Virus record (IMG/VR): IMGVR_UViG_3300024988_000067
DNA length: 64,000 nt
Source of the DNA: a virus
Direction: 5' to 3' (one strand)
Part shown: positions 42,863 to 52,965 of the stretch, piece after piece
Layout: every line of letters starts with the position of its first letter
Numbering within the stretch: position 1 is the stretch's first letter
Notes under the pieces: generated by a model
What the model was told of the DNA's origin: nothing
Databases searched by the model: none
Seen by the model: only the letters and a program-made list of their open reading frames with translations
Translations under genes and position numbers: made by a program

Positions 42863-43231
42863 TTACCCGTGTTTTTGTTCTTCTGATTCAGCAAGTGTAA
42901 GTGCTGTGCTGACAAGCACGGCTTTCTTGTAGCTCGGTAGAACCTGCATTACATGCTGCAAGGTCTGCATCTGCTTATCGTCCTCAAGCGGAGTTTCGCC
43001 AAGTAGCTGTGAGGTTGTCACCCCGAAATAGGCCCCCAGCACCTTCAGCGTCGGTAGCGTCGGAGTGTAGTTCTGGACATTGAGGATGCGCCAAATCGTC
43101 GGCTGGAAATCCTTTTTTTGGTCGGGATTCGACGGATCAATCTCCGCAAGCTTGGCGGCCAATTGATGCGCATTGACTCCGTCCCGCTCCATCAATGATG
43201 CGAGCACCCCTTTAATCGTTGGTTCGGACAT
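42863..43231 (-). CDS. cI: CI-like repressor (copy B)
   Basis: Repeat of 4114-4482. Confidence 0.75.
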   Translation of the reverse strand: MSEPTIKGVLASLMERDGVNAHQLAAKLAEIDPSNPDQKKDFQPTIWRILNVQNYTPTLPTLKVLGAYFGVTTSQLLGETPLEDDKQMQTLQHVMQVLPSYKKAVLVSTALTLAESEEQKHG

Positions 43232-43317
43232 GCCGCCTATTGTCCAGTGCAGTTGTATCGCAGGGAAATACATTGGTGTATATTGCATATTATTCATCGA
43301 TGTATTAATCTGGCGTT

Positions 43318-43608
43318 ATGTTCAAGCGATTGATCGAAGACCTCATTGAAACCGGGATGACTGAAACAGCCATCGCGTTGCGTGTCGGCGCTTCCCAGGC
43401 GAGCATCAACAGGATCAAACGCACGAACCAGAACCCTAAGTACGAGCTCGGCGTAGCACTCGTCGCGCTTCATGGGCAGATCACACAAAAGCAGACGGTA
43501 ACGGAACAGGCACCTGAATCGACCTTCGGCGATCTTGGCGAGCCGCGCGACAGCGAGCGCCGGGTGGAAGATCGCCGGACGACCTGTGCCGACGAGAAGG
43601 CCGCTTGA
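43318..43608 (+). CDS. cro: Cro-like regulator (copy B)
   Basis: Repeat of 4569-4859. Confidence 0.75.
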   Translation: MFKRLIEDLIETGMTETAIALRVGASQASINRIKRTNQNPKYELGVALVALHGQITQKQTVTEQAPESTFGDLGEPRDSERRVEDRRTTCADEKAA

Positions 43609-43629
43609 TGGATTCGATGATGCTATTTA

Positions 43630-43866
43630 TCAATGCGCGGCTTGCGTGCTGGGATGGTTGGCAGCGATCGCATCGCGCCAGCGCTGGATGTTTGTGCGCG
43701 CGCCTCGGGTCGGAATGTTTGATGTTTTTAAAACGTGTTCGAGTGTTGCTATGTACTCGGCGGTGATGTCTGGATGGTGCTTGAGCAATGCGTTGATGAG
43801 CGCGGATAGCGCGATTTCTTGCGCCATGACCGAATCGGCAAGAAATTGCATCTGTTTGTTGTCCAT
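43630..43866 (-). CDS. Hypothetical protein (copy B)
   Basis: Repeat of 4881-5117. Confidence 0.5.
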   Translation of the reverse strand: MDNKQMQFLADSVMAQEIALSALINALLKHHPDITAEYIATLEHVLKTSNIPTRGARTNIQRWRDAIAANHPSTQAAH

Positions 43867-44144
43867 GTCCGTTCCTTTCGGTGTGTGGTTGGGTGAGACT
43901 TTCCATTCTACCGATCCCGGGACGGGCGCCCGATACTCCCTGGCAGGCGGGGTGCAGTGTGTGTCTGCCCATGCAGTTCTCCTCCGATCTTTCCCCGGCG
44001 CTGTCCTGGCCGGGGCTTTTTTTGGGCGGAATCAATATGCGCGGGAGGGCGTAATGGGTCGTCATGGCGTTGTGTCGAAAATGGGCATGCCTCGCAGCCT
44101 AATTTTTTTGCCGTCTCGGCTACAGGAAAGTACTGGAAAGAATC

Positions 44145-44528
44145 ATGACGGTACGTTCCGGTAGCCAGTTGACGCTCGATTTCGAACCCGGTCTGGCGGA
44201 GCGCCATGAGACGCTGCTGGATTGCGTCCGGCAATGCGCCTATACGCATCGCAACCCGCTGAAGACGATCGCGGCGGATATGGATATGAGCCAGTCCGAA
44301 TTGTCGCGGAAGCTGTCCGGAAACCCGGACGATCCGCGCCGGTTCTCGGTGGACGATCTGGAGCGTTTCGTAACAGAAACGGGCGATGTGAAGCCGATTC
44401 TGTATCTGGTCGAAAAATTCCTGACCGATGAGGATGCGAAGCAGCGCGCCGCGCATCAGCGACTGGCGCAGATGCTGCCGGATGTGCTGGCGCTGATTAA
44501 GACGGTTTCACAAGGGGTGCAAGAGTGA
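44145..44528 (+). CDS. CII-like regulator (copy B)
   Basis: Repeat of 5396-5779. Confidence 0.65.
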   Translation: MTVRSGSQLTLDFEPGLAERHETLLDCVRQCAYTHRNPLKTIAADMDMSQSELSRKLSGNPDDPRRFSVDDLERFVTETGDVKPILYLVEKFLTDEDAKQRAAHQRLAQMLPDVLALIKTVSQGVQE

Positions 44529-44713
44529 GCCTTCTCCATGACATTGAACGCTGCGCCGGTAATGGCGACCCGCAATGCATCGATTGCCAGCGTCGTGAGC
44601 CCGGCAGCCCAAATTCATCGAATGGCCTGCCGGTTCCAAGCGGAACCGAATGCAGCAAGCGGATCGTGACGCTTGAGGTGGCGATTCTTGAGACGCAGGG
44701 AAGGGGGGATTGA
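44525..44713 (+). CDS. Hypothetical protein (copy B)
   Basis: Repeat of 5776-5964. Confidence 0.5.
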   Translation: MSLLHDIERCAGNGDPQCIDCQRREPGSPNSSNGLPVPSGTECSKRIVTLEVAILETQGRGD

Positions 44714-45684
44714 TGGCACGCGCACGCAATCTGAAACCCGGATTTTTCCACAATGCAGATCTGGTCGAGCTGCCTGTCGAGACACGGTTGCTGTTCGCTG
44801 GGCTGTGGACGTTGGCTGATCGGGAGGGTCGGATCGTCGATCGGCCCAAGCAGATCAAGATGGAAATCTATCCGGCTGATTCATTCGATGTGGATAGTTT
44901 GTTGCAGCAGCTGCACGACTCGGGGTTCATCATCCGATACGAAGTCAATAAGATCAAATACATACAGGTGCTCAACTTCCTGAAGCACCAGAATCCTCAT
45001 TATCAGGAAAAGGTCAGTGTGATTCCTCCACCGGATGATGGGGGGATCAATCCAGGGCAAGCCTCGGATAAAACTAGGAGTCCTCTCAGGCCAATCGGGC
45101 TGAATCCTGAATCCCTATTACTGAATCCTGAATCTCATAGCAGGCAGCAGCAAGGTGCTAGCTGTGTAGGGGCTCGGGATGCCTCGGGCTTGTCCGGGGC
45201 GAGTCTGGGGCTTTCACCGGATGAAACGCCTCCGGATGACGACGAAACCCCGCCTCCAAGGGAAAACCCGCAGGCTGCGGAGCCGATTGCCGACGCGGTG
45301 ACGACGCGGGCGGTGGAAATCGCGGTGTTGCTGCGCAAGCGCGGTGCGGGGGTGGCCGCGGGTGATCCGCGATTGCGAACCTGGGCTGAACGCGGGGTGA
45401 CGGACGCGGCGTTGTTGACGGCGCTGGAAACGGCGGAGAAGCGCCGCGAGGCGGCGGGGAATCTGAACCCGGTGAATGCGGGGCTGCTGGATGCGATTCT
45501 GGCGGATGCGCGTTCTCCGCCCAAGGGTGGCAGCGGGGCTGGGGTGCCGTGGTGGTCGACGGACCAGACGGTGCTGGCGAAGGGGCGTGAGCTTGGGCTG
45601 GAGGCGAGGCCGGGTGAGTCGATGGGGCAGTTCAAGGGCCGGGTAGCCGAGAAGATCGGGCAGGCAGAGGGGGCAGTGGCATGA
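44710..45684 (+). CDS. Replication initiator (copy B)
   Basis: Repeat of 5961-6935. Confidence 0.8.
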   Translation: MMARARNLKPGFFHNADLVELPVETRLLFAGLWTLADREGRIVDRPKQIKMEIYPADSFDVDSLLQQLHDSGFIIRYEVNKIKYIQVLNFLKHQNPHYQEKVSVIPPPDDGGINPGQASDKTRSPLRPIGLNPESLLLNPESHSRQQQGASCVGARDASGLSGASLGLSPDETPPDDDETPPPRENPQAAEPIADAVTTRAVEIAVLLRKRGAGVAAGDPRLRTWAERGVTDAALLTALETAEKRREAAGNLNPVNAGLLDAILADARSPPKGGSGAGVPWWSTDQTVLAKGRELGLEARPGESMGQFKGRVAEKIGQAEGAVA

Positions 45685-46019
45685 GCGAGGACAGGGTGGT
45701 TTGCATGAGGGGGAGGTCTGGCAACGATGCGCTGTGGGATTGGTTCGGCTCGAGCCGGGCTTGTTGGCTAACGCTGCCCCGGGTGCTGATGCATTCGATG
45801 CCAGACGACTGGCAGGAACGCATGGCGGGGCTGCTGTGCGAGTTCGACCAGGAATTTCCAAACCAGCCTGAGCTGTGCACGCGAGTGAGCATCACCGATC
45901 ACGGGGGGCGCCGTATGGGTTATCCATCGTGGCTGGTGGACTACCGTCATCCGGACCGTAGCGCGGTCAATCGCATGCGCGGGCCTTCGATGGTGGAGGT
46001 GTCGAATGGCAAAAAATGA
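45681..46019 (+). CDS. Conserved phage hypothetical protein (copy B)
   Basis: Repeat of 6932-7270. Confidence 0.65.
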   Translation: MSEDRVVCMRGRSGNDALWDWFGSSRACWLTLPRVLMHSMPDDWQERMAGLLCEFDQEFPNQPELCTRVSITDHGGRRMGYPSWLVDYRHPDRSAVNRMRGPSMVEVSNGKK

Positions 46020-46464
46020 CCGTCTGGTGAAGGCGTGGAAGATGCGGCGCGATGTTCATGCCTGGATCGAGGCCAACCCGGATTGTTCGATGCCCGAGAT
46101 CAAGCGGAATTTCAGCAAGATTAACCCGGAGACGGTGCGCTGGGTGGTGAAGCGTCTCGTGCTGGCCAAGCTGGTGCAGGCGGAATCCCATTGCTATCGG
46201 GCGCTGCGTGAGTTCGACCAGCCCATGGAAGCGGCGCGCGACAGGTTGCGTGAGGGTGGGCGTGCGTCGGGCAGGGTGCAAGGCTTGACGAATGCATCCC
46301 GCACCAGGAATCCGGACGGCACTTTCGCAGCAGTTCATGCCGGGACAAATCGTGTGAAATATATAAACCGCCCGGCAGTCAAGCGAGCGATCCCGAATCA
46401 GGGCGGGCAGGGTGCAGGCGGCGCGTGGCGCGGCGGACGGTCGTCGCTGATGATGGTTGGATAA
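46006..46464 (+). CDS. Putative HTH protein (copy B)
   Basis: Repeat of 7257-7715. Confidence 0.55.
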   Translation: MAKNDRLVKAWKMRRDVHAWIEANPDCSMPEIKRNFSKINPETVRWVVKRLVLAKLVQAESHCYRALREFDQPMEAARDRLREGGRASGRVQGLTNASRTRNPDGTFAAVHAGTNRVKYINRPAVKRAIPNQGGQGAGGAWRGGRSSLMMVG

Positions 46465-46474
46465 GGGTGAATAA

Positions 46475-46867
46475 ATGATTTCGCATATCAACGACAAGCT
46501 GAATATCTGGGCCAGATGGGTGGTTGGCGGCCGCAAAGTTGGGGGCCTGGGCTATCCGAGTCAGTGCGCCTTCACCCGGGTTGGCATGCCAAGCGCACCG
46601 CGCGACCCGACCATGAACGAGCAGGCTTGGGAAATCGAACAGGCCGTGCATCGATTGGATGCAAGTCTGCGTGATGTGATCGAGCAATTCTATCTGCGTG
46701 CAGGGACGGCGGAGTCGCATGCCAGGGATCTGCATATCTGCCGCGACACGCTATACGTCCGCCTGCATATGGCACATACGCGCATCATGGAGTGGATGCA
46801 GGTGGGTGATGATGAAATAGAGTGCTTGACACGCTCCGACACATTTGGTACAAAGCAGCTAAGCTGA
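46475..46867 (+). CDS. Q-like antiterminator (copy B)
   Basis: Repeat of 7726-8118. Confidence 0.75.
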   Translation: MISHINDKLNIWARWVVGGRKVGGLGYPSQCAFTRVGMPSAPRDPTMNEQAWEIEQAVHRLDASLRDVIEQFYLRAGTAESHARDLHICRDTLYVRLHMAHTRIMEWMQVGDDEIECLTRSDTFGTKQLS

Positions 46868-46908
46868 GATTAGCTGTCACTACACAACCCGCGAAAGCGG
46901 GTTTTTTC

Positions 46909-47229
46909 ATGCCCGCAAACAACGCCAGGCCAAGCTCTACGCAGCGTGGATACGGCTACAAGTGGCAGAAGGCGAGTGCCGGTTATCTCAGATCGCATCC
47001 GCTGTGTGCAGAGCACATGAAGCGCGGCCAGGTTGTTGCCGCAACCGTTGTCGATCACATCATTCCGCACCGTGGAGACCAGGCATTGTTCTGGGACAAA
47101 TCGAACTGGCAGTCGCTATGCAAGCGTTGCCACGATAGCCATAAGCAGCGGATTGAGAAGTCTGGACGCGAGGCTGGATGCGATGTATCCGGAATTCCGA
47201 TAGACAAGACACATCATTGGAACAGGTAG
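46909..47229 (+). CDS. HNH endonuclease (copy B)
   Basis: Repeat of 8160-8480. Confidence 0.9.
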   Translation: MPANNARPSSTQRGYGYKWQKASAGYLRSHPLCAEHMKRGQVVAATVVDHIIPHRGDQALFWDKSNWQSLCKRCHDSHKQRIEKSGREAGCDVSGIPIDKTHHWNR

Positions 47230-47337
47230 GGGAGGGCGGGTAAAAACTCCGCCCCCCACCCGTTCTAGACCGTGCCCCTACCTTTTCTTGCAGGCCCGCA
47301 GGTTGCATGGGGGTAGGGGTTGATCAGGAGTAGCACA

Positions 47338-47835
47338 ATGTCAGGACCAGCACCGAAACCGACCGCGCTGAAACTGGTAGAAGGGAACAAAGGAAAGCGC
47401 AAGATCAATGCTCAGGAGCCGGATCCGGCATACCTGAATGACCTCACGCCGCCGGCCTGGCTTCCTCAAGCGGCCGCCGAAGTATGGAACGAAACGGCAC
47501 CGAAGCTGCGTGCCGCCAAGGTGTTGACCGAGCTTGACGTACACGCTCTGGCAATGGGCTGCGTAGCCATCGCGCAGTACCGCGCCAGCGTCCGCCGCAT
47601 CGGCGACGATCTGGTGAAGTCGAAGCATGCCACCAACGACGAAGGCAAGCCGATCGAGGTTGGCGAGCACGTCAATCCGTGGCTCATCGTGCAGAGCATG
47701 ACCTACAAGCAGGCCATGGGCATCTTCGCGCAGTTTGGCCTCACGCCGGCCGCGCGCTCGCGCATCGCCATCAACCCGCAGGACGATTTGTTTGGCCATG
47801 GCCAAGCGCCGGCTAGTAAAAACTACTTCTCGTGA
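47338..47835 (+). CDS. terS: Terminase small subunit (copy B)
   Basis: Repeat of 8589-9086. Confidence 0.9.
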   Translation: MSGPAPKPTALKLVEGNKGKRKINAQEPDPAYLNDLTPPAWLPQAAAEVWNETAPKLRAAKVLTELDVHALAMGCVAIAQYRASVRRIGDDLVKSKHATNDEGKPIEVGEHVNPWLIVQSMTYKQAMGIFAQFGLTPAARSRIAINPQDDLFGHGQAPASKNYFS

Positions 47836-49534
47836 TCCAGTCACCCGCTACGCGCGGGCTGTAGTCAACGGCAAAATCACCGCCGGACCGCATGTGCGGG
47901 ATGCCTGCAAGAGGCACCTGGCGGATCTGGAGCAAGCCCCATCGCGGGGCTTTTTTTTCGACCTCGAAAAGGTCGAGCGCGCCATCGGCTTCTACCGCGA
48001 TGTCCTGCGGCTGAATGGCGGCGAGTACGAAGGCGTCGCCTACGAGCTCCTGCTGTGGCAGTGCTTCGTCGTCGGCAGTGTGTTCGGCTGGGTCGATGCC
48101 GACGGCTACCGGCGCTTCCGCCTGGCCTACGTCGAGACCGCCAAGGGATCAGGCAAGTCTCCGTTGGCCGCCGGCGTCGGGCTGTACGGCCTGGTGGCAG
48201 ACGGCGAGTCCCGCGCCGAGATCTACGCCGCCGCTACGAAAAAAGACCAGGCCATGATCCTGTTCCGCGATGCCGTCGCCATGCGCGATCAGTCGCCCGA
48301 GCTGGCCAAGCGCCTGACCAAAAGCGGTGTCGGCGAAAACGCATGGAACCTGGCCTACCACCAGACCGGCAGTTTTTTCCGGCCGATCAGCGCCGACGAT
48401 GGACAATCCGGCCCGCGCCCGCATATCAGCCTGCTCGACGAAATCCACGAGCACAAAACCGGTTATGTCGTCGAAATGCTCAAGGCCGGCCAGAAATCGC
48501 GGCGCCAGCCGCTGCTATTCGGCATCACCAACAGCGGAACCGACAAGCGCACCGTCTGCTGGGACTACCACGATTATGGCGCCAAGGTAGCGGCCGGCCA
48601 GATAGATCCTGGTGATGACAGCTTCTTCGCCTACATCTGCGCACTCGACGAAGGCGACGACCCGTTCAAGGACGAATCCTGCTGGGAAAAGGCCAACCCC
48701 AGCCTCAAGCACGGCCTGCCGGGTATCAAGTACCTGCGCGAACAGGTCACCCAGGCGCGCGGCATGCCCGGCAAGGAATCCATCGTCCGCCGGCTCAACT
48801 TCTGCCAGTGGGTCGAGGCCGAAGCGCCGTGGATAGGCGGGGACATCTGGTTCGATGCTGCGCCTGAGCTGGAATTCGACGAAGCCAGCCTGTATGGCAG
48901 GCGCTGCTGGGGCGGCCTCGACCTCTCCAGCACCCAGGATTTGACCGCCCTGGTGCTGCTGTTCGAGCCCACCGCAGCCGATCCGCACTGGCGTCTCAAG
49001 CCGTGGTTCTGGCTTCCTGGAGACGGCCTGCACGACAAGGCAGACAAAGACCGCGTGCCCTATATCGCCTGGCGAGACGCTGGCCACCTGGCCGCGCTGC
49101 CGGGCCGGGCCATCGACAAGCTGGCCGTCCTGCATAAGCTCGCGCAGATCGCCAGCCTGTACGACGTCCATGAGATCGCCTACGACGAATGGCGCATCGC
49201 CGACCTGCTCATGCTCATCCAGCAGGAAGGGCTATCCATGCCGCCGCTGGCGCCGTTCCGCCAGGGATTCAAAAGCATGGCCCCAGCGGTCGACGAATTC
49301 GAGCGCCTGCTGCTCGGTCGCCACATGAAACACGACGGCAACCCGGTCATGACCTGGAACGCCGCAAACGCCGTCGTCGTCAGTGACCCGGCGGGTAATC
49401 GCAAGATCGCAAAAGAGCGCGCCACCGGCCGCGTCGATGGAATCGTCGCCGCCGTCATGGCCGCAGGCCGGGCCATGACCAAGGAAGAGCGGCCCGACAT
49501 CAACCAATTTCTGGAAGACCCCATCAGCGCATGA
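47798..49534 (+). CDS. terL: Terminase large subunit (copy B)
   Basis: Repeat of 9049-10785. Confidence 0.95.
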   Translation: MAKRRLVKTTSRDPVTRYARAVVNGKITAGPHVRDACKRHLADLEQAPSRGFFFDLEKVERAIGFYRDVLRLNGGEYEGVAYELLLWQCFVVGSVFGWVDADGYRRFRLAYVETAKGSGKSPLAAGVGLYGLVADGESRAEIYAAATKKDQAMILFRDAVAMRDQSPELAKRLTKSGVGENAWNLAYHQTGSFFRPISADDGQSGPRPHISLLDEIHEHKTGYVVEMLKAGQKSRRQPLLFGITNSGTDKRTVCWDYHDYGAKVAAGQIDPGDDSFFAYICALDEGDDPFKDESCWEKANPSLKHGLPGIKYLREQVTQARGMPGKESIVRRLNFCQWVEAEAPWIGGDIWFDAAPELEFDEASLYGRRCWGGLDLSSTQDLTALVLLFEPTAADPHWRLKPWFWLPGDGLHDKADKDRVPYIAWRDAGHLAALPGRAIDKLAVLHKLAQIASLYDVHEIAYDEWRIADLLMLIQQEGLSMPPLAPFRQGFKSMAPAVDEFERLLLGRHMKHDGNPVMTWNAANAVVVSDPAGNRKIAKERATGRVDGIVAAVMAAGRAMTKEERPDINQFLEDPISA

Positions 49535-50781
49535 TCAACCCTATCGCCTGGATCGCCGGCTGGTTCCGCTTCGGCGGTTTCGCCCTTGGAGACCGCAGCG
49601 GCACCCAGGTTGGCGCTCCGGCCAGCGCGCTCGTCGACGGCACGCGAACCGTCGGCGCCGACAGTGCCCTGCAGATCAGCACCGTATGGGGATGCGTGCA
49701 GACGCTTTCCGGCATCATCGCCAGCCTGCCGCTATTCGTCTACCAGGAGCGCGGAAAAGGCCTGCGCGACCTCGCCCGCGACAACGGCCTGTGGAACCTG
49801 CTGCACGACTCGCCGAACGCCCGCATGACCCCGGTCGAATTCTGGACCGCCATGCTGCTCAACCTCCTGCTGCGCGGCAATGCCTATGCCCGCATCGAGC
49901 GATCGGCAAACGGCGAAGCCTACGCCCTCTGGCCCATGAGCGCAGACCAGGTCGAACAGCAGGTGCTGCCGGACGGCAGCGTGATCTACCTCTACCGCAT
50001 CGGCAGCGACATTGCCGTACTGGCATCAGACAACGTGCTTCACCTAAAGGGCATGGGAAACGGCACCATCGGCCTGTCCCGCCTCGACTACATGCGCGCC
50101 AGCGTCGACGAAGCCGCCAACGCCCAGACCGCCGCCAACCGCGTCTTCGCTAACGGCGGCAAGCCCACCGGCGTCCTCATGATCGATCAGGTGCTCACCC
50201 CCGAACAGCGCACCCGCATCAAGGCCAACTTCGAGGAAATGGCCACATCCAGCACCAGCCGCCTGTTCGTCCTCGAAGCCAACATGAAATACCAGCAGGT
50301 CAGCCTGTCGCCCAACGACATGCAGCTGCTCACCACGCGTCAGTTCGGCGTCGAGGAGATCTGCCGCTGGTTCGGCGTCCCGCCCGTCATGGTCGGCCAT
50401 GCCAACGTCACCGCCTGGGGCACCGGCATCGAGCAGATCATCGACGGCTTCTTCAAGGTCACCGTCCGTCCCGCCCTCGTCAACATCGAGCAGGCCCTGA
50501 AAAAGCGCGTCCTCACCACCGCGCAGCGCGCGCGCTACACCGTCGAATGGAACTTCGACGGCCTCCTGCGCAGCAACATCAAGGACCGCTTCGAGGTATA
50601 CGCCAAGGCCGTGCAGAACGGCCTCAAAACCCGCAACGAATGCCGCCAGCTCGAAAACGACCCGCCCATCACCGGCGGCGACGAACTGACGGCGCAAAGC
50701 AACCTGCTGCCGCTCGACAAGCTCGGCACAACCCAACCAGGAGCCTCCAATGCTGGCACACAAAACACTGTCGCTCAGTGA
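49531..50781 (+). CDS. Portal protein (copy B)
   Basis: Repeat of 10782-12032. Confidence 0.95.
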   Translation: MINPIAWIAGWFRFGGFALGDRSGTQVGAPASALVDGTRTVGADSALQISTVWGCVQTLSGIIASLPLFVYQERGKGLRDLARDNGLWNLLHDSPNARMTPVEFWTAMLLNLLLRGNAYARIERSANGEAYALWPMSADQVEQQVLPDGSVIYLYRIGSDIAVLASDNVLHLKGMGNGTIGLSRLDYMRASVDEAANAQTAANRVFANGGKPTGVLMIDQVLTPEQRTRIKANFEEMATSSTSRLFVLEANMKYQQVSLSPNDMQLLTTRQFGVEEICRWFGVPPVMVGHANVTAWGTGIEQIIDGFFKVTVRPALVNIEQALKKRVLTTAQRARYTVEWNFDGLLRSNIKDRFEVYAKAVQNGLKTRNECRQLENDPPITGGDELTAQSNLLPLDKLGTTQPGASNAGTQNTVAQ

Positions 50782-51433
50782 TTGCGACATCAAGATGGAC
50801 GGCGGAGAAGGCCGCTTTTCGGGATATGCGTCCGTCTTCGGCGGCGTCGACTCATACGGCGACACTATCGTCAAAGGCGCCTACGAATACACCCTCAAGA
50901 AAAACGGCAAGCCCAAGATGTTCCTCCAGCACGAAAGCTGGAGCCTTCCAATCGGAAAATATCTCGTCGCCAAGGAAGACGACCACGGCCTGTTCGTCGA
51001 AGGCGAGCTGACCCCCGGTCTCAGCAAGGCCCAGGATACCTACGCCGCGCTCAAGCACGGCACCCTCGACGGCCTCTCCATCGGCTACATGCTCAAGGCT
51101 GGAGACTACGAAGAACTCGCCGACGGCACCCGCCTCATCAAGCGCGTCAGCAACCTGGTCGAGGTATCGCCCGTCGTCTTCCCGGCAGACAGCGCCGCCC
51201 GGGTCGATCTGGCCAGCGTCAAGACCGCTGTCGACACAATCGAAACCATCCGAGATTTTGAGCGCTTCCTGCGGGATGCAGGCGGCCTCAGCAAAGGGCT
51301 GACCGAAGCGCTCGTCAGCCGCGCCAAGATCGTCTTCGGTCAGGGGGATCCTGATCTGCAGCCAGTCGAAGCGAAAGCCATGGCCGAGCTGATGGAACGC
51401 ATCAACAGAGCCGCAGCGCGCATCCCGCAGTAG
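50750..51433 (+). CDS. Prohead protease (copy B)
   Basis: Repeat of 12001-12684. Confidence 0.95.
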   Translation: MLAHKTLSLSDCDIKMDGGEGRFSGYASVFGGVDSYGDTIVKGAYEYTLKKNGKPKMFLQHESWSLPIGKYLVAKEDDHGLFVEGELTPGLSKAQDTYAALKHGTLDGLSIGYMLKAGDYEELADGTRLIKRVSNLVEVSPVVFPADSAARVDLASVKTAVDTIETIRDFERFLRDAGGLSKGLTEALVSRAKIVFGQGDPDLQPVEAKAMAELMERINRAAARIPQ

Positions 51434-51538
51434 AAAATCCGTTCGGGCTGATCGTGAGCTAGTCGAACGATCGAAGCCCTGTTCGCATCACCCAATCCAA
51501 ACCCGCTTCGGCGGGTTTTTATTTTCAGGAGAAACACC

Positions 51539-52699
51539 ATGTCCGACCTGTCCCAAATCATGAAGGCCGTCGAAGGCCTCGAAACCAAACTGGCTGCCTA
51601 TGCCGAAAAAGCCGAACAGGAAGCCAAGGCCGCCGGCAGCGTATCCAAAGACACCCAGGCCGCCATCGAAGGCCTCGGCCTCAAGCAGCGCGAGCTCGCC
51701 GACGAAATCCTGCAGCTCAAGCAGCGCGGCGTCCACATGCCCGGCGACGATCCCAAGATCAGCTCCTGGGGCAAGCAGTTCATCGAATGCGACGGCTACA
51801 AGGCATTTGCCGCCGGAAACGCCAACAAAGTGCGTCTGGAGATCAAGAACACCCTCACCGGATCTGACACCACCGTCGCACCCGATCGCAAGCCAGGCGT
51901 CGTCCCTGGCGCGTTCCAGCCGCTCACGATGGAATCCCTGTTCCCCTCGCTGCCAACCAGCTCCAATGCCATCGAGTTCACCAAGGAAAACGTCTTCACC
52001 AACAGCGCCGCCGAAGCGTCAGAAGGCGCGCAGAAAGCGGAATCCGCGCTCACCTGGACGTTGGTCAACATGCCGATCTCCACCGTAGCCCACTGGATCA
52101 AGATCAGCCGCCAACTCGCCGCCGACAACCAGGCACTTGCCGCCTACGTCGACACCCGCATGCGCTACGGCGTCAACCGCAAGGTCGAGACCCAACTCGT
52201 CTCCGGCGATGGCGTCGCGCCCAACATCAGCGGCATTCTGGGCGCCGGCAACTACACCGCCCACGGCTATGCAGACGCCAACCTCGGTGCCACGCTGAAA
52301 AAGCTGGTGCTGATCCGCAAGATCATCGGCGATCTCGAGGCCGCCGGCTACAACCCGGATGGCATCGTCCTCAACCCCGCCGACTGGGCGCAGGTCGAAA
52401 TCGACATTTTCACCGCCAACACCAACCTCGTCGCGTTCCGCTACGACGCCGAAGGCAACCCGGTGCTGTTCGGCCGGCGCGTCGTCACCAGCGTCGGCAT
52501 GACCGCCGACAACGTCGCCGTCGGCGCATTCCAGCAGGCCGGCACCATCCACAACCGCGAAGGCGTTACCGTCGACATGAGCGAGTCCGACAGCGACAAC
52601 TTCACCAAGAACCTCATCACCATCCGCGCCGAGCGCCGCCTCGCGCTGGCCACCGAAGTCCCGGCAGCCATCCGTGCCGGCGACCTCACCCCGGCCTGA
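51539..52699 (+). CDS. Major capsid protein (copy B)
   Basis: Repeat of 12790-13950. Confidence 0.95.
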   Translation: MSDLSQIMKAVEGLETKLAAYAEKAEQEAKAAGSVSKDTQAAIEGLGLKQRELADEILQLKQRGVHMPGDDPKISSWGKQFIECDGYKAFAAGNANKVRLEIKNTLTGSDTTVAPDRKPGVVPGAFQPLTMESLFPSLPTSSNAIEFTKENVFTNSAAEASEGAQKAESALTWTLVNMPISTVAHWIKISRQLAADNQALAAYVDTRMRYGVNRKVETQLVSGDGVAPNISGILGAGNYTAHGYADANLGATLKKLVLIRKIIGDLEAAGYNPDGIVLNPADWAQVEIDIFTANTNLVAFRYDAEGNPVLFGRRVVTSVGMTADNVAVGAFQQAGTIHNREGVTVDMSESDSDNFTKNLITIRAERRLALATEVPAAIRAGDLTPA

Positions 52700-52764
52700 T
52701 GATCGAGGCGTAATGGCCCTGGCCATTCCTTTTGGAGTGGCCTTTCCCATTGCGTGACAAACCC

Positions 52765-52965
52765 ATGAACCTCGTCGAACTCCGCATCAAACGAACCCTG
52801 GATACCAGCCGCTACGGCGCCCTGTCGGATGGTGACATCCTGCGCACCGACGCCGCCTATGCGCGCCATCTGGTCGATGATCTCGCTGCGGCCGTGTACA
52901 TCCAGAAACCTGCGGCGCAGCCCGCCCGCACCCGCAAACCGAAGACCCGCAAGGAAAAGCCATGA
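52765..52965 (+). CDS. Small head-associated protein (copy B)
   Basis: Repeat of 14016-14216. Confidence 0.55.
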   Translation: MNLVELRIKRTLDTSRYGALSDGDILRTDAAYARHLVDDLAAAVYIQKPAAQPARTRKPKTRKEKP